64,000 nt of DNA from Takakia lepidozioides (taxonomy: Eukaryota > Plantae > Bryophyta). The position numbers and the translations under genes are program-made. The stretch covers positions 7,564,001 to 7,628,000 of the forward strand of contig CM060732.1 in NCBI GenBank assembly GCA_030704615.1, read 5' to 3'. Below, piece by piece: positions 51,992-64,000 of this stretch (position 1 is its first letter; every line of letters begins with the position of its first letter). Below the pieces are notes generated by a model that did not search any database, had not been told where the DNA came from, and saw nothing but the letters and a program-made list of their open reading frames with translations.

Positions 51992-52309
51992 CGAGCGTCG
52001 TTAACGCCATTCGATTCTCCTCATGAGATTTATGTACCTATGTGTTTGAAGAGAGAGTCTGCACTTACTATTCTCCCTAAACTACACTGAATGTCGTTGC
52101 CGCCAATCAGTTGCACATATATGTCATTACACAACACCGATCCGGCAGGTCATTATCTTTGTGATTGTCGTTAACGCCGTTCGCTATCGCTCTCGCTTTT
52201 GTTTTGAATACGGCAGTCTCTGCTTTGCATGTGTAGATTGTGCTGAATTCTTTCACACCATTCATGGTGAGTTTCCTTGATACAGAGTGATGGTCGTTAC
52301 CGCCATTCA
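51992..52309. repeat. Four degenerate copies of the same palindrome in intron 1
   Basis: Copies at 51992, 52088, 52162 and 52288. Confidence 0.75.
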
Positions 52310-54179
52310 CTATTTGCAAATCACTCAGTCAGAACTGAATGGCATCGTGCAGAAAACTGTGAGGTCGAAGCCTACAGGATCAGAGGGGAAAGGATCTGGA
52401 GATGGGGACGAGTCCGCAAAAAGCTCAGAGAATACAGATGAAGCAGATGAATCCGAAGTGCACTACCTTGACAAGGTAAAGAACTCATGTCATTCCAGAA
52501 GGTAAACTCTCAGGAGGTTATAAGGACATGCTCGTATCTGGAGGGCGTCTGGACATACCTCTGTGCCGGATGATATCAATGCCTGTTGTGCGTCCACCTC
52601 TTTCCCATGACATAACAAAATTGGAGAGTGATTTTGTGCATGGATATAGACTTGGTGCACAAGTTTTTATGTGTCACTGACGGATATAAATGGGAAAAGC
52701 ACATTAGTGTCTCCAGAGATCAGTGATAACTGGGATGAGTGCTGGAAAGATGCCAATGAGGAGTTCGAGCTGGGCCTCATGATGGGAAAGAACACCCAGC
52801 AATTCTGCAACCACATGTTCTACGTCTGGGACGACAACCACCGATTGCTGGCATGGATGGGATACATTCAGAAACACCATTCGAAAGACAAAGACAAGCA
52901 TGTTGCTGTGGAGGCAATGGTTTTTGGATCCAGAAACGACATCGCTAGGCTTCTTACAGCTATGCACGACGTGAACAAGTAAGTCATCCAGGAGATTTCA
53001 TTCCCTCTGTAGTGTCTTGTTAATCCTCAAAAAACAGTGTTAAGGAATGCAATGTTTCCAATGTTTTTGCAGATCGACAGAGAAATCGCATGTGACAACA
53101 AGCTTGGTTCACACACTATTCCGAATTCAGAGGATTGGTCTGATGAAGCTGGATGATTTTCGGACAGTACTACCACCCAATATCATCAAGAAGTGCGAAA
53201 CAGGAAGAGCTGCAGGCACTTGGTATTCTTTGACACGAGAGGCGTTTCTGGAGTACATGTATGCGGTAAGCCCGAGTCTGTAATCTGTTTACTTTTCGAA
53301 TACATGTTTGTAGTCCCTTCGGAGCTAATCACTACTTGAATGAATGCAGCAAGAACTGGCAGAGGCAGCTGAGAAGGGAAAATCCGAATATTACCGCACT
53401 ACACCAGAAGAACTAAGGACATCAAAGGGTGTGGAAGCTGCAATAAAGAAAGAGTTTGAAATGCGAAGAACCAAATTGATGTCAGCCTTCGGAAAGCAGC
53501 TTAGAATAGTAGATCCTGGACTTGGTCCTGAGTTCCTTCAGCAGATCAAAACACACTATGACAAGCATGTGCATCCGGAGATGCAGCAGGAGAAATTGCA
53601 CCGGCTGGCCATATCGATGGTCGACCCACAAACAAAAATAAGGTGGCTGGAGATATGGAACTCAGATCAAACAGTAAAGGACTTGAATCAGTTCCCAAAG
53701 AGCACCATACAGCCTGGCACAAAGGTGGAAGGAATCAGTGATTTGGTGTTTGATAACTGGCTCCACAAGGCTACATTTTGGAGTCAGGTGTGTATTCGAA
53801 CATGCTGTTTCTTCTCTTCAAGTATGTGATGTGTATCTTTTTTGCAATTCTGACAAATATACTATTTGCAGCTCGAAAAGCGCGCCGTCATTGTGCTGGA
53901 TCAGACTTTGAAGGACCTGAACATTGCGATTGTTTCCCCTCCCCAAATGTCATTGGAGGCATACATAAGGAAGTGGAGAGGTCTCACCTGGAGATACTGT
54001 TTTTTCCGGGAGTTCTCCAAAGATGGTAACATTTTACGGTCCAACGACTTTGACAGTCAGGTTGGAGGAGAGTGGGCCATGATGCGAGTTGTGTACAGGT
54101 GCAATGTCATACTTGAAACTCTACTGTTTTTTTTGGGAAAAAATGTGGCTTCATATGGATTGCAATCTTAGATCCAGAT

Positions 54180-54902
54180 TGAATGTCGTTGACGACATTC
54201 ACTTCTTTGTCTGAGTCATTCTTAAGCGAGTATATGAATTCACCTGGTTAGGATCTAAGGGTGCAATTATATTGTCCCTGATTAGAATTGATAATGTCCT
54301 TGAATGGCGTTGACGACATTCACATACGGAGTTGTTGAGAGGTCCTCAGAGTTATTTAAATTTTTGTAATGTCCATAGAGGTTACAGTGAGGGTTCCTCA
54401 CTTCATTTTGCTGAATGTCAATGCAGACATTCAGTTGTTCTGCATTGTTTTTGCCTCTTGCGATGAATGTGGAGGCTTGATAAGCTCTGTTTTAAGAAAT
54501 CCAAAGTGAATGTCGTTGACGACATTCACAGCTGTGTCTGTATTATTCAACAGCGACAAATTTAATTTACATGGATTGGGGAGCTAAGTAATTGGTTTCT
54601 TTTTGTATTTTTGTGAATGGCGTTGACGCCATTCACATACAGTGATGTTGTGAGGTCCTCAGTGATAGGTTCGTTATGAATGTGCATTGAGTTTGCCTGG
54701 AGGGTTCCTTACTCAATTTTTTGATTTCCATCCTGTGATTTTGCTTCATTTAAGTAATAATTTGGTTTCATTAGTGAATGTCGTTGACGACATTCATTTC
54801 TATGTCTGTGTCATTTCTAAACGATAATTTGCATTCACCTGGATTAGGGTGTATTTACAGTGTCATTGAATGGAATGTTCTGAATGGCGTTGACGACATT
54901 CA
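54180..54902. repeat. Intronic array of the 22-bp palindrome TGAATGTCGTTGACGACATTCA (7 copies) within three ~270-330-bp diverged units
   Basis: Copies start at 54180, 54301, 54412 (degenerate), 54507, 54614, 54775 and 54881. Confidence 0.93.
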
Positions 54903-57900
54903 TATCTGGAGCAGTAGTGTGGTCCTGAAAGGTCCTTGGAGCAGTTCTCAGAGCCATTTCAATCTATGTTTTATTCTTTCTGTTCTACTTGCATCTTACT
55001 CACTGAGCGCTTTTGTGGGTTGGGATTTATCTCCTTTTTTCAGGTACCCGAAATATGTGCTTATGGAAGGAAATCACCTGAGCGGAATTCCCGACTATCT
55101 TGACATGTGGTCGGACCCTGCAAACGATCCAACCATGTATACTGCAGGGATATTGAAGGACTGGAGTCCTTCTCACTTCAGAGACTGTGGGTGGTACCTT
55201 GACTGCCCACCTGAGCACACGACCTTCCAAGAACAGCATATGAAATACTTGAACAATAACGCTGAGATGCTGGCGCCTTTGACTGACGAAGAGTATCAAC
55301 GAAACATAGCAACATTGGCTGCCAAGGAGCCTGATGCTCAGGGAACGCCGCAGAAGGGAAAGAAGGCGGGCCGCAAACCAAAAGACAAGGCTGTTGATGT
55401 CATAGCCATCTCACCAGCAAAGCCAAAGGACAAAGACAAGTCCAAAGAGAAGGAAAAGGACAAGGGGAAGGAGAATGAAAAGGAGATGGAGGGCAGGACT
55501 TTACTGCTGGAAGATATATCCGCACTCTTCAGTGCGTGTTCGATGCCAAGCCACACCCTTCCCGTTCTGATTCAGCAGGAGAGATGAAAATTGTTAATGA
55601 GGGTTGGCTTTCGATGATGCAGAGTCGAAAGAGAGGATACACTGGGGTGCCATCCCCTACCTAGGACAATATAATCTCATTCCTCAATCTGGTGAGAATT
55701 CCAGTTTCTTTTTTTTTTCTCTGAAAGTTTCGTTGGCAGTATTTCAGTCTCGTTCTTTGAAAACAATCTTGCCATCGTTCTTATAAAAAACATGTCTGTT
55801 GCAGGTGAGCACAGGTCCCACCTTCGTGTGCGGTGTGCAGAAAACTTATGCGGCCGACATTGTCATTCTCGACATCCCGGATGGCCAGGCTGTGCCAGAA
55901 GTTCTTCCAAAGGGCAAGACGCCAGGCTGGAACAAATTCGAGGACAACTACTGGAGTTGGGTGTTCGGGTTCTGTAACAATTTCCTCTCTGATGCAGGGA
56001 CACTTCTGCTTTTTCAGTCATGTGACAATGATAGTCGTCGGGCATTGGCATCATACCTCAAGTCTTCAGGGTTTGAAGTTTTGCGCACATGGAATTGTGT
56101 GAACAGCCTATACCTTGTGAAAGGGGGTTTCCCTGGTCAGCTGGTATGCCGTCTCCCTTCTGCTTGTGCTTTGATCATGAGTTTCAATTTTCTCTGCAGC
56201 TCCACTCTAGTAGAATGTTTTATGATCGACACCGATCATCACCGATTCATGATTTTTTTGTGTCAGAGTTCTGAATAGCCGATGTACACACTTCCACTAT
56301 AGATTGTGTTTACCACACTAACCTGCTATCTTTGCCAGACGAGGATGTTTGAGGCGATCTGCCTGCGGAGGATTCACACATCAAAGACACCATCCTCCAT
56401 CCGCAGCTTTGAGATTTCTGACCAGGGTTGTTTCGTCAACCCCCCCTATGAGCCCCATGTCGATGACATTTTGTACAACTTCATGCAGTCCAGTCAGACT
56501 CTGAAGAGACCAGATGGCACTCCCTGGAGAGGTGCAAAGGAAAAGTCACCAGCATTCATGCAAATACTGCTGGAGTCATGCAGCCACAGCTCTGCACGGG
56601 TGGTCGATCTTTCTGTGTCCACAGGTTCGTTTTTTCCCTTCCGAATTGGTTTCCTTTCAACAGTTTCATCTGCTTAAATCCCCCCCTCCAAACTGTTCAT
56701 GTTCTCCTGTCTGGTGCAGGAGCAACTTACCACGCATGCAAGGCAGGCGGAAGAAGCCTTTTTGGCATGGAGGGTGATTCTGACCTCTACAACACCGTGC
56801 TCCTCCCCCTTTTGTCTGGCTCCACTTCAGGCACACAGACTGATCGGATTCAAATTCGAAATGATGACGATCCCGAAGATAAGCAGGTCGACAACGACTT
56901 TTCATGTGAGTAAGTGCTAAACCCTCTTTGGGAGTCATACTCAATTTCTCGATAACATCAAAGTTACAGTAATAACTTTTTCAGGCTGTCTTTCAGGAAA
57001 GGCAGCGGTGGATCTTCAGGAGATACAGTCATTTCTGGCGAGTCTGTTTTCGACAGCCCCCTTTCCAATTTTCTGCTTCCTGTTTATGCCGAAGCAATGG
57101 CACTTCACGCGGCCGAGTCCCTATCCCCTGACTTTTTAGTGGCCAGCCGTAGGTGTATCCAGCGTGGATCCGGTGTTCTAAAATACTTAGACTTAGATGC
57201 AGAGGAAGAGGGGATACATTGTACTGACTCTGAGTCAGACTGAACTGTATTCTTTTAATATTCATTTTCATATTATCTGGAAAACGTTGAATCCCCTTCC
57301 TCCACCGTAGTTGTTCCTTTAGAACAAATAATAATCACAGAATCAACTTCGTTTAAATTGCTATATGTATGAATCCATCTCACAAACCTTCCTGACTCTT
57401 CTCATATCCATTGTGCATTCATCTACACTGTATTCATGCGTGCTCCATTCATGAAAACTTCCTTTGTACAACATCCATTGTACATTCATCCTCTGTACTC
57501 TTTAATCCACCCCACAAACCTTCCACACTCATTTCATATACTTTGTGCATTCGTCAAAAGATTTGGTCATGCATCTTCCTGTCATGAATTTTTGTCATTG
57601 CTCAACATCCATTATACATTCATCCATTTTACTCTTATCCATCCGTCATTCATCCATCTATACATTTTTCACACTCATCCATCTGTTTATCATCCAACTG
57701 TACATTCATCCATCCTTTATTCAATGCCTTTTATTATGTCGTCCAGCTTGTTTCCGCGGTAAAGGGTGCCAATCCGCGGGAATACACTCCACTTCTTTCT
57801 GGGCGCGTGGTGACGCGGCCTTCACGTGTGATGACGTGGACTGAGCCCCGTGACGTGGCATTTGCGCAAGGTGACGTGGCGTGAGCGCAGTTGCGCTCAC

Positions 57901-57937
57901 GCGCTCACGTGACCAGGCTCACGCCGAGGCATCCCTG

Positions 57938-59420
57938 ACCGGCGGTCTAACTCACGGGCATACGCCCGCTTTTGGCCATAGTGCTGATCTGCCCACTCGA
58001 TGTGCAAAGGGAACCACAATGATGCGAGTTCGAAGGTTGGCTTCTTCATAGCCGCCCAAAACGCACCGCAGGGGTCACCGTGCTTATTGACCACCACCGG
58101 TGGCACAACAATCTTTGCCAACTCCACATCCTCTATCCCCCGGAATTTCTTCTTCTTCGTCCCACCCTCTCCCTTCTTTGTAACCTCCTTCCCCTCCACC
58201 TTTGTTACCCCACTTGCCTCCCCCGCATGCACAATCACCACTTCATCTTCATGGGACCTCTTCTTCTTCTTCTTCTTCTTTTCCTTCCCCTTCTCCATCA
58301 CTATGTCTTTCCCCTTCCCCGCTACTTCCACTCTCTCCTCTCTCTCCTCTCTCTCCCTTCTCTCTCTCTCTTTAGTAGCCCCGTCACTGATGGTAAAAGG
58401 GACCTCGCGAGGTCGAGGCCTCTTCTTCTTACCTTTGGTGTTCGGGTCCTTCATGAACACCACGTGCCCTCCGTCATTGGCAATCCCACCGGACTACACC
58501 AATGTGGCCAAGAATGTTGGTGCCTCCTGAAGACGAATAACCCCCCCAAATTCAAAAAAAGAAACAAACAACAAAGAAAATCATGCATGCAAAGGAAAGG
58601 ACAAAACATGGAACAAGGTGCGACAGTTGTACCTTTGCAAGCTTGGCCGACTCGGCCCCGGTGTCACCCGATGTGGCAGGAGTCCCCGCTGCCGGAAGTC
58701 CCCGCGCTATCTCCTCCCGGAGCGCCGCTGGAAGTAAATTCCATACGACCATGGCCCCCCGCGGCGGCCCGTAGTCTAGGCCCTTCTTTGCTGACCGCTC
58801 AGGCTGAGGGGGCGGCGTTGCTGCTTGGCTAGCCTCTCCACCAGCCCGTACCTCCTCCCCCCCCAAATGCTCCGCAGGGTAGAAGCCCTCACCCGGCTTG
58901 ACTAATTCGAGGCACTTCTTTATGTCGACCAACTCATGGCCCTCCTCCTCTCCTCCTCCCTCATCCTCAACACTTCCCAAGGCCCTTCAACCTGACCTTG
59001 AGCCTTGGCAAGTGCGGCCTTTGCTGCGGAGAAAGGGGTCTCTATAGGGGTGACATCCAAAAGTTGCCCAAACCGGGCCCCCGAACGGGTGATGCGCTTG
59101 CGTCATACTCTATCAGAGATTGCTTCCTCTCAAACGTGGTTTCCTACCTATTCGGGAGGTTGTTGTTGGGCGGGAGGCTCAGTTGAGCACACCCCCGGCC
59201 ACCAAGACGGGTGAAATGAGGTGGCTGAGCCGGCCCCAAGCGAATCCAAGACGGGGACAAGAGGGGGGGTACTGGCCTGAGGGGGCAGATGAGCCCTATG
59301 GCTGAGGCTGCCGACGGGGCTGGTAAACCGTGAGACACCAAACCGCGTCAAACGTGCCGGCATCGCAAACGGGTTCTCCGCCCCATTCTTTGGGGCACGG
59401 GACTTCTTCTCTTTCCCCAT
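57938..59420 (-). pseudogene. 5' part of the CACTA accessory gene in copy 2 (3' part at ~46250-46651), split by the MULE-like insertion
   Basis: ..VNKHGDPCGAFWAAMKKP..RAYARELDRR| resumes as ..MEMVGWRNLKDKRYR on the far side of the insertion. Confidence 0.7.
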
Positions 59421-61067
59421 AAGCCTGGCACCTGTCATGCAAACCCAAAAGTTAGCCTTGCGAGGAAACAATCTCTACATTCCAGATCCCAAAGAAAAAA
59501 AAACAAAAAAACTTGGGGGGCTGAGAGCAGAAAGTGTTGCTCCTCTCAGCTCCCCCCCACCACAGAGGGTGCAAGAAAACAAAAAAAGAAGGTGGGGGGG
59601 GGGGAGTGACTGAGCAGCAGCAGCTGCTCAGCAAGTACCCCCCCCCCCCCCACCTTTTTTTTTTTTTTTTCCGCATCTCGCCCTCTCTGTCCCTCTCCCG
59701 CCTCTCCCACTCTCCCTCTTTGTCCCACTCTCTCTCTCTCTCTCTCTTTTGTCACTCCCCACAAAAAAACAAAAAAAAAATAGGGACGGAGGGGGCGGAA
59801 GAGAGGCAGAGAGAGGGAGCAGAAGAGAGGGGGCAGTCAGTCCCCCGCCCCACCTTCTTTTACTTTTTTCTCCTCCTCTCTCTCCCTCTCTCCCTCTCCC
59901 TCTATAACTCTTTGGATTTCATCTGGCCTTAACCTTTTTAATGCTGGTTATTTGGTTGTTCATCCCAATTCCCTTTTCATCCAAAACTGGATGAATTTTT
60001 TGAAGGATGATGACGCTTACTGTGCAGATTTTGGTTTTTCATCCTAATCTCCTTTCTCATCCAAATCTGGATGAAATTATTAGGATGATGACCCTTACTG
60101 TGCATAAATCTTGGTTTATCATTTGTTTTCTCTTTTTTCATCCAAACGGGATGAATTCCATGAATGATGGTGACCTATTTTAATCCAGGAGAGAGTAATT
60201 TTACCATCATTTATTATAAATGATGGCAGTTATTAAACTTGAGCCTATACCCTAACCCTAAAAGTTACCTTTTTAATGGATGTCATCCATTGACAAGTGC
60301 ATCTCCTGCTAGAATGCGACTTTTCATCCCCCCTGGATGAGAAATCGGGGATCTGTGCCCTAAACAGGTCGACACCTTTCACAGCATAGAGCTCGTGCTT
60401 AAGGGATCCTTGATGATGCGCCGTGTAAATCTGCTCCCCAACTGCTGCATGGTACCCGTGATGGCTGGCTCTTGGGATGCGCATTGGCGGTTATGCAGAT
60501 TCTTCTCTGGCAGGTGACAAAGCGATGATTGTTTTGCTCCGACCCTCATGGTTCTTTTTAATTGCAGCGGCGCTTTTACTCCTCGTTGGGAAGTATTCTA
60601 CCCCTATTTATCTACAGATTACATATGGCTCTTTCACTTTGTATGAGCTCTTCTCTATCTATGAACCCTTCTACTGTGATTGTGTTCTGTTGGAGACGAT
60701 CTGTTGGACGCCATGGCGCAGGGCATACCGCAAACACTCAAGATCTTTTGAGGTTACCCTTGCTTGAATTGTGATCTGTACATGCTTTAGAATTCAGCAC
60801 TGACATGGATAGCAACTGTGAAGACCTGCCACTCACTTGATGCATCCTCCCTAACACACATCTTTACGTGGTGGTTTTTGGGACGGGCACAGGTGAGGGT
60901 CTTCACTTGTCTTGAATTCTTGAAGCTTGCAGAGTCTGATTCTTGCATAAGGGATTGCTGCTACCGCCTGAAGCTGCTGATGCCAGTTGCTGTTTCAAAT
61001 CTGTCACCTTGCTGCCTCAAAACGGCTTCAAGTCGGCTCTAATGAGGATCACCTTCTTACTCCTTAC

Positions 61068-62055
61068 TGTCGAGCGGCTTTTACTCACCCATCCCTTCAC
61101 TATCCGAGGTGGAAACTCCAAGATAGAAGAGTTGGATATCTCTAAGCACTCAGCCCGCTCAGTACAATCAGTCATGACCTGCAGTTTGTGAATCATGGTT
61201 GTGCTTCCCATTTGTATTCCTTCTTGCCTTCATGTTATCAATTTACCGTATCTGATACTGAAGCATCAGATTGCTTCAGTATCTTCTTAGTTCCAGTTAA
61301 TCAAGCATTCATTTCACAGCTTCACTCATGTCTCTCTACACAGTGTGTTTGTATCGAATAAGTATCAGATTATGATTTATTAGATACTAGACCAATGTCA
61401 AAGTGACTCTAATCCGCCCTACAGTATCACTACAGCTCTGCATGAAATAAACCTCCATCAAGTCATCATCTCCTCTTCTATGTAATCGTCATCCTTGTGC
61501 TCCAAGATCGTGCCCTCCGTCTGACCTTTCCCCTGATGTCTAAGAAGTGATCTAAGAAGCCCCCCCAGAAGTCCCCGCTCTTCACTTTATCTACCTACAA
61601 GCTGTTCTAACTGCCTTGCTAACTAACCGTCACCCATGTACTGTGACAACTGTGCAAAACTGCGTTGGGCTGTGACTGGCTGTGTCAAGCTGTGTCGGGC
61701 TGTGATTGGCTGTGATTGGCTGTGACGGACTGTGACGGACTGTGACGACTGTGACGGGCTGTGACGGCTGTGACTGGCTGTGTCGGCTGTGTCGGGCTGT
61801 GTCGGCTGTGTCGGGTTGTTTTGGGCTGTGGCGGCTGTGACTGGCTGTGTCGGCTGTGTAAAGCTGTGGCGGGCTGTGTCGGGCTATGTAACGTTGTGGC
61901 GGACTGTGACTGGCTGTGTCGGGCTGTGTAACCCCCCCCCCCCTAAAGCCTGCTGCTGTCACCCCTAAGGCTCCTGTTGATCTCAGTCTGTGTAATAATT
62001 AAGGGTACCCCACAGAACCTGTAAAAGCGTTAAAGTCCCAAGCAGCCCTCTAACA
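61068..62055 (-). mobile_element. 3' LTR (988 bp) of a Ty3/gypsy-type element that extends beyond the right edge
   Basis: TGTTAG...TCGACA on the minus strand, preceded by the polypurine tract GAGAGGGGGAGGGA (62060-62073); homologous ends to 10552-11541. Confidence 0.88.
61665..61930. repeat. ~9-10-bp tandem array (GGCTGTGAC/GGCTGTGTC) inside the LTR
   Basis: Directly visible; more than 20 units. Confidence 0.9.
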
Positions 62056-62097
62056 TTTATCCCTCCCCCTCTCAAAAAGTCGTGTCCTCACGGTTTA

Positions 62098-63993
62098 TTA
62101 TTTAGGATTAGCAAACCTTTGTGATCGAACACCCTTCTGACGGTGAGAGTCTCGTGAAGGACTCCGTGTGCGAGCCCGAGTCTTGTCACTGGTTGACGGA
62201 GATGATTGAGCACTACCCGGAAATGTCAGTCCCTCCTTTGCCTGATAACGAGGTAACCTCTCAGGCATAGGAGACCCCCGTCGTTTCTTCTTTGCCATCT
62301 GAATTGCATAGTCCTCTGCCATGTCAAAAGAGTCCGCTGAAGAAACAATAGTATCAGAATCTTTGTCGCCCCTCAGGTGTTTTAACGGCCGAACTTTAAG
62401 TGGAATCCTCTGTGGCATACAATGTTGTCCAACCATATCTGGAAGTTTAAATTGCACAACTTGTTGCAAGCGCTGGCGTGCAAAATTAGTGAACGTCCTG
62501 AACTCCTTATTTGTACAGGTAAGAGGTGTGCCAATGACTTGGGAACAGTGCAAGTATTTCCATGCCTCATGTCCCTTAAAGAAAATATCGTCAGGGCCGA
62601 ATTTCTATGTTGTCAAATTGTTCCAGGCCTAATGAAACCATGAACGAAGTTGGGAATCTTTTTGCATCATAACTTTTGCTTCATATAGGTACATATGAGG
62701 TGGCACTGAAGGTAAGACCCAATGATCCCCACTGGAATAACTCAGAAATCGCGATTGCATCTTCTGCTGCTCAATGTGATAACGTGCCAGAAAACAAGCA
62801 GCATAGTATAATCCACAGCCCATGACAATACTTGCTACCTCCTTAGTCTTAGTATAAATGTACCCATGTACAACTTGGAAGGCAATTAATTCCTTCAACA
62901 TGGTACTTGCTTCAAACCAGTACCTCGCAAAGTGATGATCCTCAATGGGTCGATTGTTCGGAAGAACCTTAGTCCTAGTTGCCACTGGCAGCCAAATGCG
63001 CATGATCTGGTAGTAATGTGCCAACGTCTGTGGAGGACTAAATTCCTTCCAAGCCAAATCCAACACAATGGGAATTTGGTTGAAGGGCATAATCATAGCC
63101 CGACTGTACTCCCGTGTAGCAGGAGTCTTAGGTGGGTTAAAAGCAGCATCCCCCCATACCTCAGGCTGTGGTGTGGCTGTAGTAACAACAGGGTCAGCTA
63201 CCTGCACAGTCACTTGTTGTGGTATTGGTAGCACTGGCCCTTCTACCACTGGCATCTCCTGCACCCCTTGCGAAGAAGAAGACTGAAAAATTAGAGTTCT
63301 GGCCTGTAAATAAGTAGCCATCAGCTGCTCCTCAGGTACAAAGACTCTCTTGTCAATATTTGAACTCAGGTCATCCACCTGAGTCTGCAGGCCTTCTACA
63401 TCCTCCTGTAGCTCCGCTATCCTACTATAGACATTGTCTATAGTAGTTGTGGCAATGTTCTGCACCTGCAGTCTGAGCTCATTCATCTCGCCCTGGGTGA
63501 GCTTCCGTGGTGCTTTGCCTTCCACCGGCCCTTGTGCTAACCAGACCTGCATAAGGTGGTTATCCACCAAGTTGTGTGTGGCACCCCTGAGAGTCTGCTC
63601 TTCTATGAGACTGTACACATCTAACTGCTGCTGTAAAGCCTCCATGCGCTTCGCATGAGGTTCAACCAAACTCGCATAGGCAGCAGCCAGATTATTGGCT
63701 TCCTTCCAAGCCTTGTTAGCCACAGATGGTTCATTTCTATTTACCATGACCGTTTGTTGCAACTCCAGGATGTACCTCTCTTGGTCAGCTTCAACCTGTC
63801 TGTATTGCTTGAAAGTATTCTCATTGCGACAGATTGTATTCTTCATATCAACAATGAGTTTCGCCTGCTCGACTGTCTCTGCCTCTGCCTTCATACATCT
63901 CTCCCCTTGTCTGTTAACTTCTAATGCAGTTTGCTCAAGAGTAGTTGTGAGTGTAGCACATTGTATGGTCATCCTCTCATGTACTGCGTGCAA
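62098..63993 (-). pseudogene. Extra coiled-coil ORF of the LTR element, ending just before the PPT
   Basis: ORFs 62629-63993 and 62098-62553 share a frame, separated by two TAG codons. Heptad-rich N-terminal half; no gag, RT or integrase motifs. Confidence 0.6.
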
Positions 63994-64000
63994 CTCTGTA

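Larger units (their letters stand above)
51613..57243 (+). pseudogene. Spliced gene of about 10 exons: ParB/Srx-like N-terminal domain plus beta-class amino-DNA-methyltransferase fold; a few frameshifts
   Basis: DIPLCRM..VVRP..DITKLE..F..GY and YVWD(D)NHRLLAW (ParB DGxHR-like); ADIVILDIPDG (motif IV-like) followed by FLSDAGTLLLF; EKSPAFMQILLESCS...VVDLSVSTG|ATYHACKAGGRSLFGMEGD (motifs X-I-II). GT-AG introns. Confidence 0.72.
46652..57937. mobile_element. 11,286-bp Mutator-like DNA transposon with two divergent genes
   Basis: Absent from paralogous CACTA copy 1 (empty site gaaACcgacgg at ~23846-23856). AC|CAGG...CCTG|AC junctions; imperfect TIR ggcgtgagc..cacgtgagcgcg..gcgctcacgcc. Confidence 0.9.
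45220..61067. mobile_element. CACTA/EnSpm-like element, copy 2, with nested MULE-like insertion; interrupted on the right by an LTR element
   Basis: CACTACAGGAAAA start and subterminal repeats; colinear with copy 1 on both sides of the 46652-57937 insertion. Extent beyond ~59900 is inferred from homology to 28160-28860. Confidence 0.78.

Noticed and set aside
54180-54902. CRISPR-like array (palindromic repeats with spacers)
   Set aside because: The spacers are ~70-140 bp, uneven and homologous to each other; the array is in a eukaryotic intron and there are no cas genes.
10552-62055. The two LTRs as ends of one element
   Set aside because: They are in opposite orientation, internally diverged, and PBS/PPT positions show two separate insertions.

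Overview
Eukaryotic nuclear DNA, most likely from a seed-free land plant (bryophyte/lycophyte/fern grade, inferred from gene families and PLS-type PPRs). The window is dense in transposons and heavily rearranged. Only one host gene looks intact: a 5-exon, 393-aa conserved plant protein at 37258-41404 (-). The other host genes are pseudogenes or fragments: nicastrin (with an internal ~840-bp inversion and a LINE insertion), a TBL/PC-esterase gene, PLS-PPR, OSB-type PDF-motif exons and Rab-GGTase beta. Mobile DNA includes an APE-RT LINE family with tail-less 3' ends, L1-type LINEs, two related ~990-bp Ty3/gypsy-type LTRs, and CACTA-like elements, one linked to a SET-domain gene. The most notable object is an 11.3-kb element nested in a CACTA copy (46652-57937; CAGG...CCTG ends, 2-bp AC target duplication). 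It has a Mutator-like DDE/SWIM transposase on one strand. The other strand carries a spliced gene joining a ParB/Srx-like domain to a beta-class amino (N6A/N4C) DNA methyltransferase fold, and its introns hold about 11 copies of a 22-bp palindrome. All assignments come from reading motifs by eye; no database searches were run. Some frameshifts lie at homopolymers and may be sequencing errors.
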